A DNA stretch of 64,000 bases. It comes from Amphiscolops sp. MND2022 (taxonomy: Eukaryota). This document shows, piece after piece, positions 21,261-35,100 of the stretch. The DNA is taken from NCBI GenBank assembly GCA_964187785.1, contig OZ076409.1, positions 50,780,001 through 50,844,000 on the forward strand, read 5' to 3'. Under the pieces are notes generated by a model. That model saw only the letters and a list, made by a program, of their open reading frames with translations, was not told the DNA's origin and made no database searches. Made by a program: the position numbers and the translations under genes. Each line of letters opens with the position of its first letter. Position 1 is the stretch's first letter.

Positions 21261-22314
21261 CTTAAATGCTATTTTCAAAAGCATCAGAGACTTCAAAAAA
21301 TTGTTGTTAAATCAAAAATTGCAAAAATATACGACAATGCATGCATTGAAGCACATGGTTGGTTAGTCAATACGATTGAGAATGATTAGAAAATTATCCC
21401 TTTCCTACTTAATTTAAGAAAAGCGAACTTCAGAAACCCACCCAGCTGACCCTTCTAGCATATAGTTTGAGCACGTATCAACTACAAGCGACCTTTTCTT
21501 TTTAAAATCGGCTTTGGAAAATCTCGAAACGTTCCATATGGAATTTGAAGCCTCTTCATTTCAAAAGCATCGTATAATGTCGCGCCTTCATAACATAAAC
21601 TTTCGTCAATCAAAGTTCGAAAGTATATTCAACACAAATATTGACGCGGTTTGTCTTTTTGAGAACTATTTCCAAATTGGATTCCTTCTTGTTAGTGAAC
21701 AAATACTTCTTGGTCAACATCTCTTCAATATATACGTTGAATGAGTTAATTTTGTCGGCAAGGCTCAAAATATAGATACTTTTTACACAGCATTATTAGT
21801 AAGTACTTTTGCATGCTTCACAATAGTAACCAAAATTATAAATCAGGAAATTTGACAAATATATTCGATAGAATCTCTAGCAACTCATTGAATTTTGAAA
21901 CTAACAATCAACGGGTGCCGAGCCCAAACATCTGAGGACCTTTGTTACAACACTTGTAAACACGCTAGCTTAATCCTCGCCAGGATTCGCACAACGTATT
22001 AACACAACAACTAATCTCGATAGAAACCATCTTTCAGTTTTTTTTCGCTACACGGGCTCATTTATCTATAAACGAGATATAGCTTGGTTCAAGATTTTGG
22101 CCTTTGTGAAAAAATTGTCATCCGTCTAGCCTTTTCATATGAAAGTCATATGAAGCCAAAAGCGTTCGTTTCGTTGATTTCAATTTTGCTTGTTCAGCAG
22201 TCTCACTGATATCGCAAAAGCAAACAAAATTACGTTTTCAACCAAATTCATGTGAGTTTGCGATGGTTTTTGCGAATCCTTACAACTTATAGCAATATCA
22301 CTTAACTCATAGAT

Positions 22315-22504
22315 ATGGCTACTCAGACAGTTGCCAAGAAATTGGTGGCGATTGGGGACGGGGCTTGTGGCAAGACATCTTTACTGGTCAGATACTCAAA
22401 AGGGGAGTTCCCTAAACACCACGAACCCACCATTTTTGACACATACGTCGCCCAGATCACATTAGCACCCACCATAGTGAAACTGTCTTTGTTTGACACA
22501 GCTG
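22315..22504 (+). CDS. Rho: Rho-family small GTPase, coding exon 1
   Basis: KKLVAIGDGACGKTSLL (G1), PTIFDTY (G2), LFDTAG, then donor G|GTAAGT (phase 1). Confidence 0.95.
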
Positions 22505-22617
22505 GTAAGTGTTTCAGAATTGAATTCACTTTCTATTAGACAATTCCCGAACTGTGTGTATAAAAACCCTAAAAATGGTTGATAACCGTTCCTAGGAATA
22601 ATACAAACATTGGTAAA

Positions 22618-23446
22618 AACAAGCCGAGACCAGCACAAGTCGGTGCCCCGCTCAAGTTTCAAACAACCAAGTTAAACATGCAAAGGACAATATTGGTAAC
22701 ATTCTATCAATTTCTCTGGGCCAAAAAAACCCACAAGGATACGAATAAGACTAGAAAACCACTGGAAACTTTTTTGTGGGGAATAAGTATCATAGTACCC
22801 TTAGGTTTTTCAAGACGAAAACATTTAAGAAAATGAAGGGGTGCACTTTGACCTAATGTGTGTATTTTGAGAAAAAGTCGCAGTGCCGAAAATACCGTTG
22901 GTAATCTCAACAACGAAAACTATAATCCGTTCCAAAGGACCGAAAAACAATCAATGAAATCACACTTTGGATTCCGAAAAGTGTTATCCTCTCCGAAAAC
23001 CTGAAAACCAAAAATTGGAAGAGAAAAGGTTTGAATTTTTTCCAGAATTTTCTTTCAAATCTTCGGAAAGTCGTATTGTGCCTGAAAAACCTATGGTGGC
23101 CATAATTGCTTGCAATCAGAGGGCAAAAAAATCAAATCACTCCAATTGAAAGAAATTTTTTAAAGTCGCATAATGTCGAAAAAATTGTAAAAGAGCGACC
23201 TTTTAGTCTCCCCTATTTTTGCATGGAAAATTTCTTGTTTAGTGCGAGACTCGAGCCCATGTACCCTGCCACAAGAAATTCGCGTTAACCACTAAGCCAA
23301 GTGGCAGTGAGGTTTTATTAACTTTGCCAAAATTAAAAAACTTGAAAAAAAAACGAAATTCGGCTAGTCCAGGTGTATCGAAAAACAAACTCACGAAAGC
23401 CATGACAATAGTCGACTCTTTGCTGAAGGAAAGCATCGACTAAAAA
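22618..23446 (-). mobile_element. Helentron/DINE-like non-autonomous repeat, diverged copy
   Basis: AACAAG...AAGTCGGTGC start and ATAGTCGAC...GCATCGACTAAAAA end, shared with the copies at 44073, 50293, 53067 and 54726. Confidence 0.6.
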
Positions 23447-24842
23447 TGCAGTTATTTCAACACGTAATATTAGCAAAAGACAGTGAGTTCAACTCATTAA
23501 GAGTAAGGGAGTGAAAAAATCACGCTCCCCGTTTGACAACCCAGCGGAACAAATTGGTGGCAGCCGGGTTCTCATCACATCCCCACAAGTGGCCATAAAA
23601 CAAGTTACACTGTCCATGAGTGGACCAATGGTCTAGACAGCTCGTATTTTACATATCGACTATATGCGCTGGTAATTTGTTTCGTTTTTACTAAGCTGTA
23701 ACTGGAAAGAAAAAAGTTAATTCGATTGGATCAAAAAACCAAATGAGTTCAATAAAATGTATACATTAAAACCACCAATCCAATCAGGACGTGGAAAGAG
23801 TCACCAGTCTGCAATATTTCCTCTGAAGCATTGCATATCTAGCGACTCCAAGATATGCAGAGAAAGTTTTCATAGACATCCCGGAGTCGCGAAAACTACC
23901 TCGAAATACGATTATGTGGATTTAAAACCTTAGGCGTTCTGAATTCTAAATAAACAGGTACCATTGAATGCAAACGAAATTGTTGTAGACCCTATTAGAA
24001 ACGGCTTGAAGTTCCTACAAAATTTTGTTAATTGCCAGAAAAATTTATCATGATTTCATAGAAATCTCATGAAAACTTCCATGCAGGGATATTTCACTGA
24101 TATAACTGAAATTTATCAAGCTGCCTAAAAATTGCTTACTAAATATGATGGCAAACTGGTGTCTCGAAAATCAAACAAGCGATAGTTCATATTTTTTATG
24201 CAGTCGAGACCTTATCAAATTTACTACCATTTCAAGACAAATCAACTTGAGTTACTTTATATTATTCATAGTGGCGTAATATTTACCGTGCAAATTGAAT
24301 AACAGTGATTAAATCAGTTGAATAATGAAGAAATGTGTGGAAATAAGTGTGGAAACAAAGTAATCAAAACGATGAAGAGGTGGAGATTATTTGAGTTTTG
24401 GTTGAAATAGTTGAAGCTGCATTGCAATCCTTCCAAAATTTTTCCTGACAGTTTCCCGGGATTTCACATGTTTGGTGAAAAAAATACCGTTGTATGCGTG
24501 AAAGAAGCATTTAGACCCATGGTATCAACTCAGCTATTTTCACTGGCTGCTTCATTTATGATCATAGTGAAATTGCACTGGAGTGGTAGTATGGGTCAAA
24601 ACAATGTAAAATCACGAAAACATTCCATGCTAGTTTCACTCCTTTCTTGAATAAATCAAGGTATTTCACGAATTTGAGAAAGCTGTTGCTTAGACAGAAA
24701 GCTAATTCGGTAAAACAATACCGAAATCCAAAACTAGCCCTTACAGGGTTGAGAGCCAATGATCGAGAATCTTGGCTGCCTTAACAAGATCTTGCCGAAT
24801 TCTCAATACATCTTGGCATCCATGACTCGCATGGCAAGCAAG

Positions 24843-26283
24843 ACTCACGAAAAATTAACTGGGGAAAAATTAATTGCAATTAATGGGACCAAATAATCGA
24901 TTGCTGAGGTTTCAGCAATGTTTTAATTGATTGGCAATTAACTAGCCCGCAAAGTGTATAAAACTAAAACTGCGTACGTTAAATTTTCAAGCAGTTTGTT
25001 TGTTTCCGGAACAAACAACTTCACTCAAAGCTTAGCCATGTAAAACATGTATGTATTTTATTTTACGCAAGTCAAAACCGCATTGTTAAGTCGCTTTCAT
25101 TTATCGTATCGCCGTATCACTTGTTATCAGTTGATGTCTTGTTTTTAAGTTAATATTGGCAAATAATTCTATTATTGTTATTCAGTTTCTCCATCAGCCT
25201 GAAGCCAAACGCTTTCCAAAGTTATGGAGGTGCAAATGCAAGAAAGAATTAAAGCAGAAAAAAGGCAGTGGTTACACCAATTTGATTAACCACATCAACA
25301 ATACAACAAAATTTCTGACCAGCCTTCTATTTCTTCGTTCGTACAAAACTCTCCATTGTAAGTCGTTCTTCTTCCAGTGCGTACGGTTGGATTGATTGGG
25401 TCTGAACCAAGCTGAGGCCGTTTTCATTTGTGGAATGCCCATTGAGGCAGATATACAGAAATTTGAACAAAACTACTAATGAAAGGATCAAAAAATACAT
25501 AGAAAAACTAACAGTTGAAGTTGAGAAACAAATATCATCAGAGTTACCTCAAACATTTGCTCTTGTTTTGGATGGTTGGACGTCAGCATCAACGCACTTT
25601 TTCGGACTTTTTGCTTCGTACAATTCGATAGGATAGACAACAATGGTAGGACAGCCATATTGGGTTTTACACCATTGGTCGATGAAACTGCTTTCGGAGC
25701 AAAAGAATAAATTGACGCCATAGAATACGCTTTTTGGGTGTACAACCGAAACCTAGAAAATATCGTGTGCTTGATTGGAGACAACGTTGCAGTTAATAGG
25801 TCATGTGCCAATATTATTGATGTCCCGCCTTACGGATATGCCTCTCACAAACTTAATTTGGCTGTGACTGGGTTTTTAAATGATTATGGCCGTTTACTTT
25901 CTAAAGTGAACCGAATAATGGGTAAACTCAAAGGTTTGAAAACCCGGGAGCTCTGCGACAAAAAACGCCTCAGAGTCCGCTGTAGATGAATGTAACAAGG
26001 TGGCTTAGTACCTTTGAAATGTTGGAAAGATATGCAAAACTAAAAGAGCACTTGTCCATTTTCCAAGAGGATCTCCAGTTTTGAGTCGTCGCTGACTAGT
26101 TTTTAGTAGTGACTTTTCTTTTTTTAAGGAAGAAATGCGTTTTTGGGATGAAGAACTTTTTTGCAAAACTTTTTCTCAGAAATGAGGACACCAGACATGG
26201 ACTATTAATTGCCAATTAATTGCAATTATAATTTGTACATTGCCTGTCAATTGGTTTTTGTTTCACAATTAATTTTTCGTCAG
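24843..26283 (+). mobile_element. Decayed hAT DNA transposon with transposase remnant
   Basis: BED-like WRCKC...SGYTNLINHI, FALVLDGWT, LIGDN, ASHKLNLAV and TRWLSTFEML fragments; imperfect inverted ends (ACGAAAAATTAA / TTAATTTTTTCGT). Confidence 0.8.
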
Positions 26284-27347
26284 CCTTGTTGGCAAGATTC
26301 CTACTAAGATGCGTCAGTATTCCAAGATCGAATCTTACGAAGATGAATAATTGAAAAGATCGAAGTGGGTATCTGCGCGCGGCCATATTGGATTTTGACC
26401 AAGCATCAAGTTCTGTAACAAGCAATACACATTCCTTTCAATATTAGAAACATTTTATTGTTTTTGGCCTGAAAAGCGGCCTCGATAGACGCTCACTGTT
26501 GAAACTATGTTCGGTTTCACGAACCGGGAAATTTACTTCAAATCACTTTCTTTTGGAGTGGTAATCTAAAAAAACTATTTTGCGGAATAATGTCAAAAGT
26601 CACTGTAGTCTGGTGGAATAAAGCCTAAAATCCTTGTATTCTTGCGAAACCGTACCTTGAATCACGGTAAAATTACCCAGTTTTTTGCAAGATCTTAGCT
26701 AAGGGTGTTCCAAGATCTTGGAAAGATGTCCCTGGAAGGTCAACACAGGAATATATGGTGTTCAAATAAAAGTCTTTTCGCTATCAGAAATTCATATCAA
26801 TCAGAAATCCTAGGGATGAAATACTCATTTTCGCTCAGAAAATTCAGGCAGGTCAAAATTAACGGCAATTCACGTCTTTCCACAGTCGGTTTCATTGTAC
26901 ATTATGATCGAGACCCTTTTCATCTAATAATCGTTGTGTACAAATGTCAATTAATTTGATTGATTGAAATCTTTCTAATGCATTATCGATTTCAATACGA
27001 TTGACCTAGTTAGAATGTTTTCACAAAACCACGAGAAATCAACCGTAGTGGTCTAGACCTTCAAAAATTTGAACTTTTACATTTAATAACGCAGCAGTCA
27101 GTGGTCACGCACTTGTCAAGATGTGAATGAACAAGAATCCGTTTTTTATCAAAACTTCTCGAGATTAGGCTTCACGTAACTTGAGCAAGCCGGAAACGGC
27201 ATAACACGGAACAGCTCCACTTGAATCTCAAAAAGAATAAATTTCTTTGAACTAATTTTAAAATGTTCAAAAAGTAGCAATATTTAACAGAATCAATCAT
27301 GCTCAACGACAGGTATTAAGAAACTTTCATTGTTCTCACAGAAAAAT

Positions 27348-27722
27348 AAACGAAGCGAGAACTAGAGGCATCAAAAATAGCTTGAAAAAACCCTTCAGTG
27401 CGGAAACCCTTCAGGCTAGCAAAAGCTTTTTTGAAAAAAAAACATTTGAAAATTCAAATAGGGAAAGTTCGCTGAAAAAGTATTCTTGCGCAAAAAAACT
27501 TTAATTTAGTCTAGTTTTGCACTAACTCAAAAAACTTTGTACCATCGCGGAAATTCAAACAACGAACTCCTAATTCCCAGACACGCAAGTTAACGTTTAG
27601 GACAATTGGACGAAGTGGCGGACAACATAAAAATTCGAAATTGGACGAACTAGCAATCTGTCACTTCTAGTGTTTCTAGAAAAGCCACTAGCAAACTCTG
27701 CTCTAAAAAGCGTCTACTAAAA
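27348..27722 (-). mobile_element. Highly diverged copy of the Helentron/DINE-like repeat
   Basis: AAAAGCCAC...AAAAGCGTCTACTAAAA end and weak internal similarity to the other copies. Confidence 0.35.
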
Positions 27723-28746
27723 CTAGAACTTCAATGCCACTTGTAGTTTCCCAGCTCCATGCTGTAGAATTCGCTTTCCTGCATTTTATCATTCCTATTG
27801 TAAAACAGTACGTCCTAAACGTATTTAAAGAAACCCTTTTTGATTTTTGTCACATAAATCAAAGAAACCGGAATGATGTTTTCGTTGTCATGACTCTGTT
27901 GTGACTTGAGAGAACTTTCTCTTTTGTTTACAGCAGTGACTGGGTTGTTTGAATTATTTCTACACCTGTATTTTGACCCAGCATGACCTTTTACACCTTC
28001 GGAGTTACTGCCCCATAGACCTTAAGTTACAACGTCCACATTCATTAACTCCTTGATGTTAGATAAAACTGCCTGAGTCTGAAAAACTAGTCTATCATGT
28101 ATCGCTAAGTCACAAAACAGCTCTCTGTATTTGAACGTCCAATGCGTCTCTTATCCCATTAGGTATTTTGCGATATTCGATTGTTCATTATTTCAGATAT
28201 GATTTCTATGCATTCCATTATTCTTTCACTATTTCCTCCAATAATTGTAGTTTCTATCGAACTAATTTCCTCTGTATCAGAACTCTTTTCTGCGTTTGGT
28301 AAGTGTCTAACTATCTAGCTAAGTGTTTCTCTCAAGAGTCGCGTCTGTCATATTTCCTTAACACGACATCCTTGATTTCAGAATCTGACAATGTCAAGTT
28401 GACGTCAACTTCTTTACATGGCCTTTTGTTTTTTCTTGGCGAAATTTCAGAAAATTATTCATTCCTCAAGATTGAACTGGAAGCATGAAGAATATCAAGA
28501 TAAATACCATTAGTTTCTGATCTGAGGAATATTATCGAATATTACGCAAAATAAAACAAGAACCGAATTTGAACTGTGAATAATATCAGAAGGTTTCATT
28601 TGGTGATTGAACTTATATTTGACGATGCAATATGTGTCAACGAAAAAAAGCAGTGACTGCGATTATAGTTTGAATTTCATAAAAGTCGCCGTTTAATTGT
28701 TGCTTTCAGAACACAAAGTATGACTGAGCGCAAAGGAGATTGGTAT

Positions 28747-30532
28747 TGTCGTAAGCATTATCTATGGCTCCGTCACTAAGACGGTTTTGGACAAGCTCAC
28801 TTTTCGAATTATTTCTGGCTTTTTCATTTCGCAGAACTTCGGTATTGGTTCCCGGTTCCGTTCCTCGGCCGGAACGTTTCATCCTTTCTTGGTCATATGT
28901 CCTGAACCGGCCATGATGACATTTTGAATTTGGGGTAAAACCTGATTGCTAATAGCATCGTTAATGGCCCTATGGATTTGGACAAGGACACTGTTCATCA
29001 TCTCATCCATCTCCATTGATATCCTGGAGTTCTATTCACTTGACAATCTATAAATCTCAGCACTAGAGTTGGAACTTGCTGAGTGTCGACCATAATCGAC
29101 GTTAATACCTGGGTTGATAACTCCTGAATTCAGATACGTATTTTCATCATCGTTTTCAAAGATATTGCTATTGGCACTTTCAGACCTTCTAGCAAGATTG
29201 TTATTTAAGCTTTCCTCTCTTTCTACTGTATCAAAAAGGTTTTCACCAAGCATTATGTCGAAATTCTCAATATCAGAGAGCATCTCTAGTCCTCTTGACT
29301 TCCTAGCTTTCTTTTGCTTCCTGGTAGTAGGCATTGAGAAAGTCCGAGTGAAAAATATTTGAATTTCTTCAGACCGGAGAACTAAATTTGGTGAGTTTGG
29401 ATGAATCCGTTTTTCAATAGGAATTTACAATGTTGTCCCTCACCCAAGTGGGTGGTGAGTATTCATACCCACTAAGGCATGACTTTCACATTCTTCTCAT
29501 TTATACAATATCACATGATACATGACCTTAAAATATTTTTCCGATATTCTACATATTTCGGGAATATTACAAGCAACATTCCAAGAGGTATTTAGTTTAA
29601 ACTGCAACTTCAAACAAATTATCAATGAAAACATTAACACTAGAGTGTCAACAAATATCACTACCTATCAACGGAATGCAGTGTTATAACATCAGAATGT
29701 GGTGTTGGCGCGTGCCACCACGCGAACACTGATGAATTTAACTAGGAGTGAAAATACAATAGAACATGCATAAGCTAATGTAACAATTCGGCACAATCCA
29801 GTTTATCAGTTTACTACTATAATAAGATCAGAGCAAAAGCACTTTCCATAATATGGCCGGAATAGGCCAAATCCCTAATATTGAATGCGCATCGGTTAAA
29901 AGGCAAATGGTCTTAGCCGTCTACTAACTCCAAATCTAGAGTATTAGTGGATAACAATACTGCACAAAAAGGGTGATTTGGTACAAGAAGCGCAAACACA
30001 AAAATATTGGTTAAATTTAAGCATAATTGGTATCACAGCATCACTTTACACAAAATAGCCGGAACCGGCCGTTTGACTAGAGTACTGATTAAAAACAACC
30101 ATATTAAGTCAACCGGCCTTGTTTGCCTATCACTAGATGTAAGCATTATTATTACTGCAAATGAAGCAATTTGATTGGATGATGCTCCGTGCTCAAGTGA
30201 CGCTTACGGTGCAGCACTTAGCATCACTTGAACACGTTCCCTTTACTGCTGTATAGTTGTACTCAACTCATTTTGATTTGATCCACTTCTACCGCGCCTT
30301 TCAATTAAATTTAGCAATTTGATTTGGATTTGCCAAATCGTACTAATAACAGACTAATACAAATTCCGTTAAGATACAAAACTTTAAAAAGATGAATAAA
30401 ATAAAATGCATATGAGTTTTACCAAAAGTTTGCTAGTTTGTATTTAAAATGTCGGCAAAGTATCTGGGATAATCTCCTGGTCTCTTGCGGTAATGGTTAT
30501 AGCTGTACCGTCACAGGCGGCAGCGTGCGACA
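28747..30532 (-). repeat. 3' LTR of element C
   Basis: Aligns with 42241..44029 at roughly 5-10% divergence by eye; flanked by the TSD. Confidence 0.93.
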
Positions 30533-31227
30533 CTGTCGGTGTTATGAAAAGAAACAGCCGGTATTGAGCCCGTTTTCGAAAGCCTCCCTTTTGAGCCTCA
30601 CTTTGTGTTCTGGTCCATCTCGTGGGGTAGACCGGCACATATACCAGTCTGTCTTCTCCGTTTTGATTGCGTCCATCGAACGGCCGTAAACCATACAGCC
30701 AGAGTAACGCATCTCGCTGACGTTTTGGTACGATCTCGTATCTTGCACATGATAGGACGCGTGAAAGTTTGAGACAGCTGGCTGCACTAGCGGTTTATCC
30801 AAGGAAGTGCCTATCTCGTGTTCTGGTGGAGACATTGGTGATTCTAGAACAGGCAATAGAGTTTTGCATATCTCAATTCTTGATTTCCAAAATGCTTTAG
30901 GTGGGGCATAGCACATTTCACAATCGAAATATTTGTGATCCAGTTCGAGGGTAACCACATCTAGTTGTCCGCTCGAACTGGGGCCAGGAACCATCTCCTC
31001 TTGCTCGTCTTCCACAGTCATTATTCGCCATCCATCAACATTGGGCTAGCGTTGACCTCTCTTTCGATGCAGCCTACTAGTTGCTCTTTATCTGTGGAGC
31101 AGTCGGATTCCCATCCGTCCGATGAATCGTTCTCTCCACTCGAGATGTAGATCACTGAATTATCTGAGTCTTCAGAATCTGCTCCATCGAGGTCGAAGAG
31201 TTTTCTAGCAAAATTAAATCTTTGCAT
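30444..31227 (-). pseudogene. Accessory sense ORF (ORF3) of element C
   Basis: Fragments 31021..31227, 30542..31021 and 30444..30638; VIYISSGEND and ESDCS motifs as in element A ORF3; same position and orientation. Confidence 0.55.
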
Positions 31228-32175
31228 TATTAATTTCTTAGCTATTTTGAAGCTTGAGAGTCGTTTTATTATTGGCGAGATTCAAATCAGAACAAATATA
31301 CTAGAAATTTGTATCAGGCCAAGTTAGGATTTTCCCGCAGTTTCAATTTGGCGGTAGAACCTTCGGTTAATTGTCCTGATTCGTCGTAAACTTTTCTGAA
31401 TAGAATTTTTCTGTGAGTCGGCACCCTTTTAATTCGCGGTGCTTGCCCCCTCTCGCTACCATCATCAGAAGACGTGTTAAAAGTCTCTGAGATTTCATCA
31501 ACAAATAACTTGAGTTAAGTGGATAATTAACTGTGAGCTCGAGTGTAATTAACGGCACGCGTCGAAAAACTTCTTTCAAGATGGCTTCAGCAAATCAGAA
31601 TTAACCTTCGATGAAATTGAAAAAAGAATAATAAAATGGCGTAAACAATAATTCTAAATGATCAAATATGGCGAAAATTCTAACTAAGACAAATAAGGGT
31701 AACGGAACAAAACGGCAGAACTAAACAACTAAACAGGGTAAACTGCCATAATCGGTAACTAACTAACCAAGCTGTAAATAACGAAGAATCTCCTGTTCAT
31801 TTCGCTGGCAGACTCCATGTACAGTTTTAAATATGTAAATAACCATAAAATATTAGTCTTGTAATTTCTTCAGCCACGAACTCCTACTTTTGAATTTGAT
31901 TATTTTCCAATTCCATTGTTATTCGAATGCTATACTTTTGCACTCTTGTTTACTACATCTGTCAACATCCGTCTGCAACTTCGTCGCTGACTTCTTCCTT
32001 GAAGTATTCCGGAGCGTCTTCCCCTTAGCAGTCGAACACAGCCACCTCGCAATCTTGATCTCCCACATTGGATTCATCTTCAAGCTTCGTCTAGCTGATT
32101 CATGATGTCAGAATCAGGTTGGTTTGAATTTTCATGTTTCGTTTAGAACAATTTCAGTTTGATCAGGACTAAAAC

Positions 32176-35100
32176 TTGTTCACAATTGCTTCTTGTTTCC
32201 ATCGTAGAACACGTGCTAAGACATTTCATTCCTTTCTGTTTAGAGAATCAAACAACAAAAATGCTGCTGAACCAATACCGTGTCCAATTGACAACCCTAC
32301 TGAGTCAACAAGTTCCCCTAATGGTCAATCTCAGTGCCAGCTCTTATCTGCTTTCTTTCCTTATAGTCAAGGAAGTGAGCCTGACGTGAGCGCTTATAGT
32401 GAAGCCGTCGTACAGAGAATGGAGCGAACTCAAGAAGATGTTCCAGACGTTGTCCAACAGTCAGTCGATGCAAGTCCCAAAGGAGCCCAAGGACCACAAT
32501 GTCCTACCCAAGAATCTGGCAGTCTCTGGATTAAAAGATCTAGTACTCCCATCCTACCCGCTGGTGAAGATGACACAGAAGCTGATCTGAGTGTCATGGA
32601 GTCTGCCCTTAAGATGGCTATTGACCCAGTCTCGCAACTTTCTGAGCTCTTGACAACAATTGCCTCCAATCCAGAAAGCACAGTTCATGTTCACGCGCCA
32701 ACCGACGATGATAACGTCTCCTCCGTGTGTGACGTCCCATCGCTGCCAGGTGGGCAACCAAGAGTTCATTTCCTCGGTATTCAAGGTGAGGCCGAAAGTT
32801 CTGAAGAAGCCTTCCAAATGGACCGTTTCGAGAATTATGGCCGAAATCCTGTTGACTCAGAATCAGGGACCGAAGGAGGTGATGAATCAGGATTTGGAGA
32901 TCCTCAACGTGACGCAGGGAGGACAACTGACCCTACTGCCACCATAGATCTGGACAGCCTCCCACAACTTTCCAGCCGGAGCAGGGCTCTTCTCAAAAGG
33001 TACTCTGAAGAGACAGATGCGTCAAGGCTTCCATAACGGCACCAGTCGTTGCCTTCACCGAGTCCCAAGTGTATAACCTCCTGAGAGTCTTAACAGACGA
33101 GACGATCAGGATGTCGTACACGACTATGGAGAAGATGGTCCTTGATGCTGTCAGAGGAACCCCTACAACAGCTCTGTTAAGAACTGCCCACTTTCGATCC
33201 CGAGAACGAGCACAGACCCCTGGAGCTAGCAGTAGCAGAGGCTGGAGTTCTTCAGACTCAGACAATGATGCACCACCTGAAACTGGGACTGAAGGAGCCA
33301 GAGACACGGACGGGTCTTCATTCTATGCTGAGAGTGACAGGGCCACTGGAATGGCTCTAATTTCTGAGGCTCTCAAAAGATCCACTGTGACGGCCCAAGA
33401 ACCCGCAAGAGCTTCCGCTGTTCCCTGTGAACAGTTGACTGAAGGGGGAGAGACGACTGAATAATGCAGCCAGGACACTACTCTCTTGGAGTTGCAGGCA
33501 GAAGCAAAAGGGACTGGGGCCCTGGTCCGACAAGAAGTAAGAAGACCAAATCGGCCAGGCAACCATCCAGGAGAGGAGCTCCCATGCGAGAAGAATTTTT
33601 CGCGAAGATCGGCTGGACCCGCTCGTTCATCGCTGGACCAGCAGACCTCATTCATAACCCTCACATGGTATGGTGTCACATATGCAAGAGGAATTTTTCC
33701 ATCAAGACGAAGGGAACTGTGGAGATTCTTCGGCAACATCGTTCGGAAAGGCACTTGAGACGCGACCAAAGGTGGCGATATGAATATTTCAAAACTGTCG
33801 ACCCAGCCAGTGGAAAAGTTCAGCATCGTGTCAGCGGGCGTAATGGGAAGATACTCACGAAGATCGAGTTGACCAAAGAACTTCCCAAACTCATCCAAGC
33901 AGAGCTTTCGGATATTGGCGAACGATTTCATTTTAATGAGGATTTCATCAAAGGGACTACCACCGCGCTGGTCACCCCAGAGTCCCGATCCCGCACCCAA
34001 CTCTGTTTAGTTGTGGACTTCATCTAGACCCACGGAGATTTCCTGGTCCTGAGGACTGTGTGGTCGCGAGTGTGTTCCTTCACTAATCACCAGGTCACGT
34101 TCTGCGACTTTGATAGGGGGAAGAACGTCTCGCTGTAAGTATGGTTTTGTAAATCATCCAAATTCGGGTAGATCAGGCTTTGATGTTCTCCTTTTATCCC
34201 TTTCAGGAAATTTTCCAACACTTCTTCATCTGCACGACATTGCCGATCAAGTCACAACTCAACAAAGTTTTGCTGTTGAATTTGAGGACAAAGGCATCTA
34301 AAAATACATGTCTCTGCGATTCTGGAAAAGGACAGAGCTTTGTCGAATCTTTGTCTGCCGTAGTTCCCTTCCTTCGACCGACTTAGCTGGAGAACTGGGA
34401 TCCCTGTCACGAGTCTTGTCTATCGTGTCTAACAGAGCTGAGATTGTGACAGGGATTCTTTTCTCCACAATCGTCAGAGATTGTAAGTATCTTTACGGTA
34501 GGGAGTAAAGTTCTCGCCAATGGCCTGATTTGGACTAAGTATGTGTTTACAGATCTGTCCAGCTTTGATGTGAACCTCCAACCTTCCAACAGAGGCGGGA
34601 TGCCTCCTTTTATCTATGTAGCGAGACTAGCAGATTCCTGCACCAGCTTTGCTCACGATGTTACACTCCCGACACTGCCACTTTGGAAAATGCCTCTTGC
34701 TGAAGTTCCATACTGGCGACGCCACCTTCATGTCAGACGAAGACACCCTGCTCCGAATTAAGCTCACCAACAAAGCAGCTAATGCCAGTAAAGCCCGAGC
34801 CGAAGGTCTGCATTTTGGAAAGAAGTCGGCGAGGGCGGCCATACTGAAGACAGCCGAAAAGACCAAGGCCGATTTCGTTAGCGATAGTCTCCACTACTTC
34901 CAATACCTGATCGATGAGGTATTAAAGCAGAGTGGCCTCAGTACCGACATCATAAAAAGGCTTGCTGCTTTCGACCACTTTGTTATGTTTAAACGGTACA
35001 TGGAAGTAGCACTCCGACATTTTGACCAGCTCTACCGCCCATTCTGTCTTCATTCCTGGGTCAGCAATGAAAATGAGTCCACATGTCGAGATCAATATAC

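Noticed and set aside
22252..22312. Possible 61-bp 5' UTR intron of the Rho gene (GTGAGT...CATAG)
   Set aside because: The splice signals are plausible but there is no reading-frame constraint to test them; needs transcript data.
28747..29800. Head-to-tail tandem array of elements, suggested by the duplicated gag start
   Set aside because: The duplication ends at TG/CA termini with a PBS and a matching GGTAT TSD, so it is simply a long LTR that contains the gag start.
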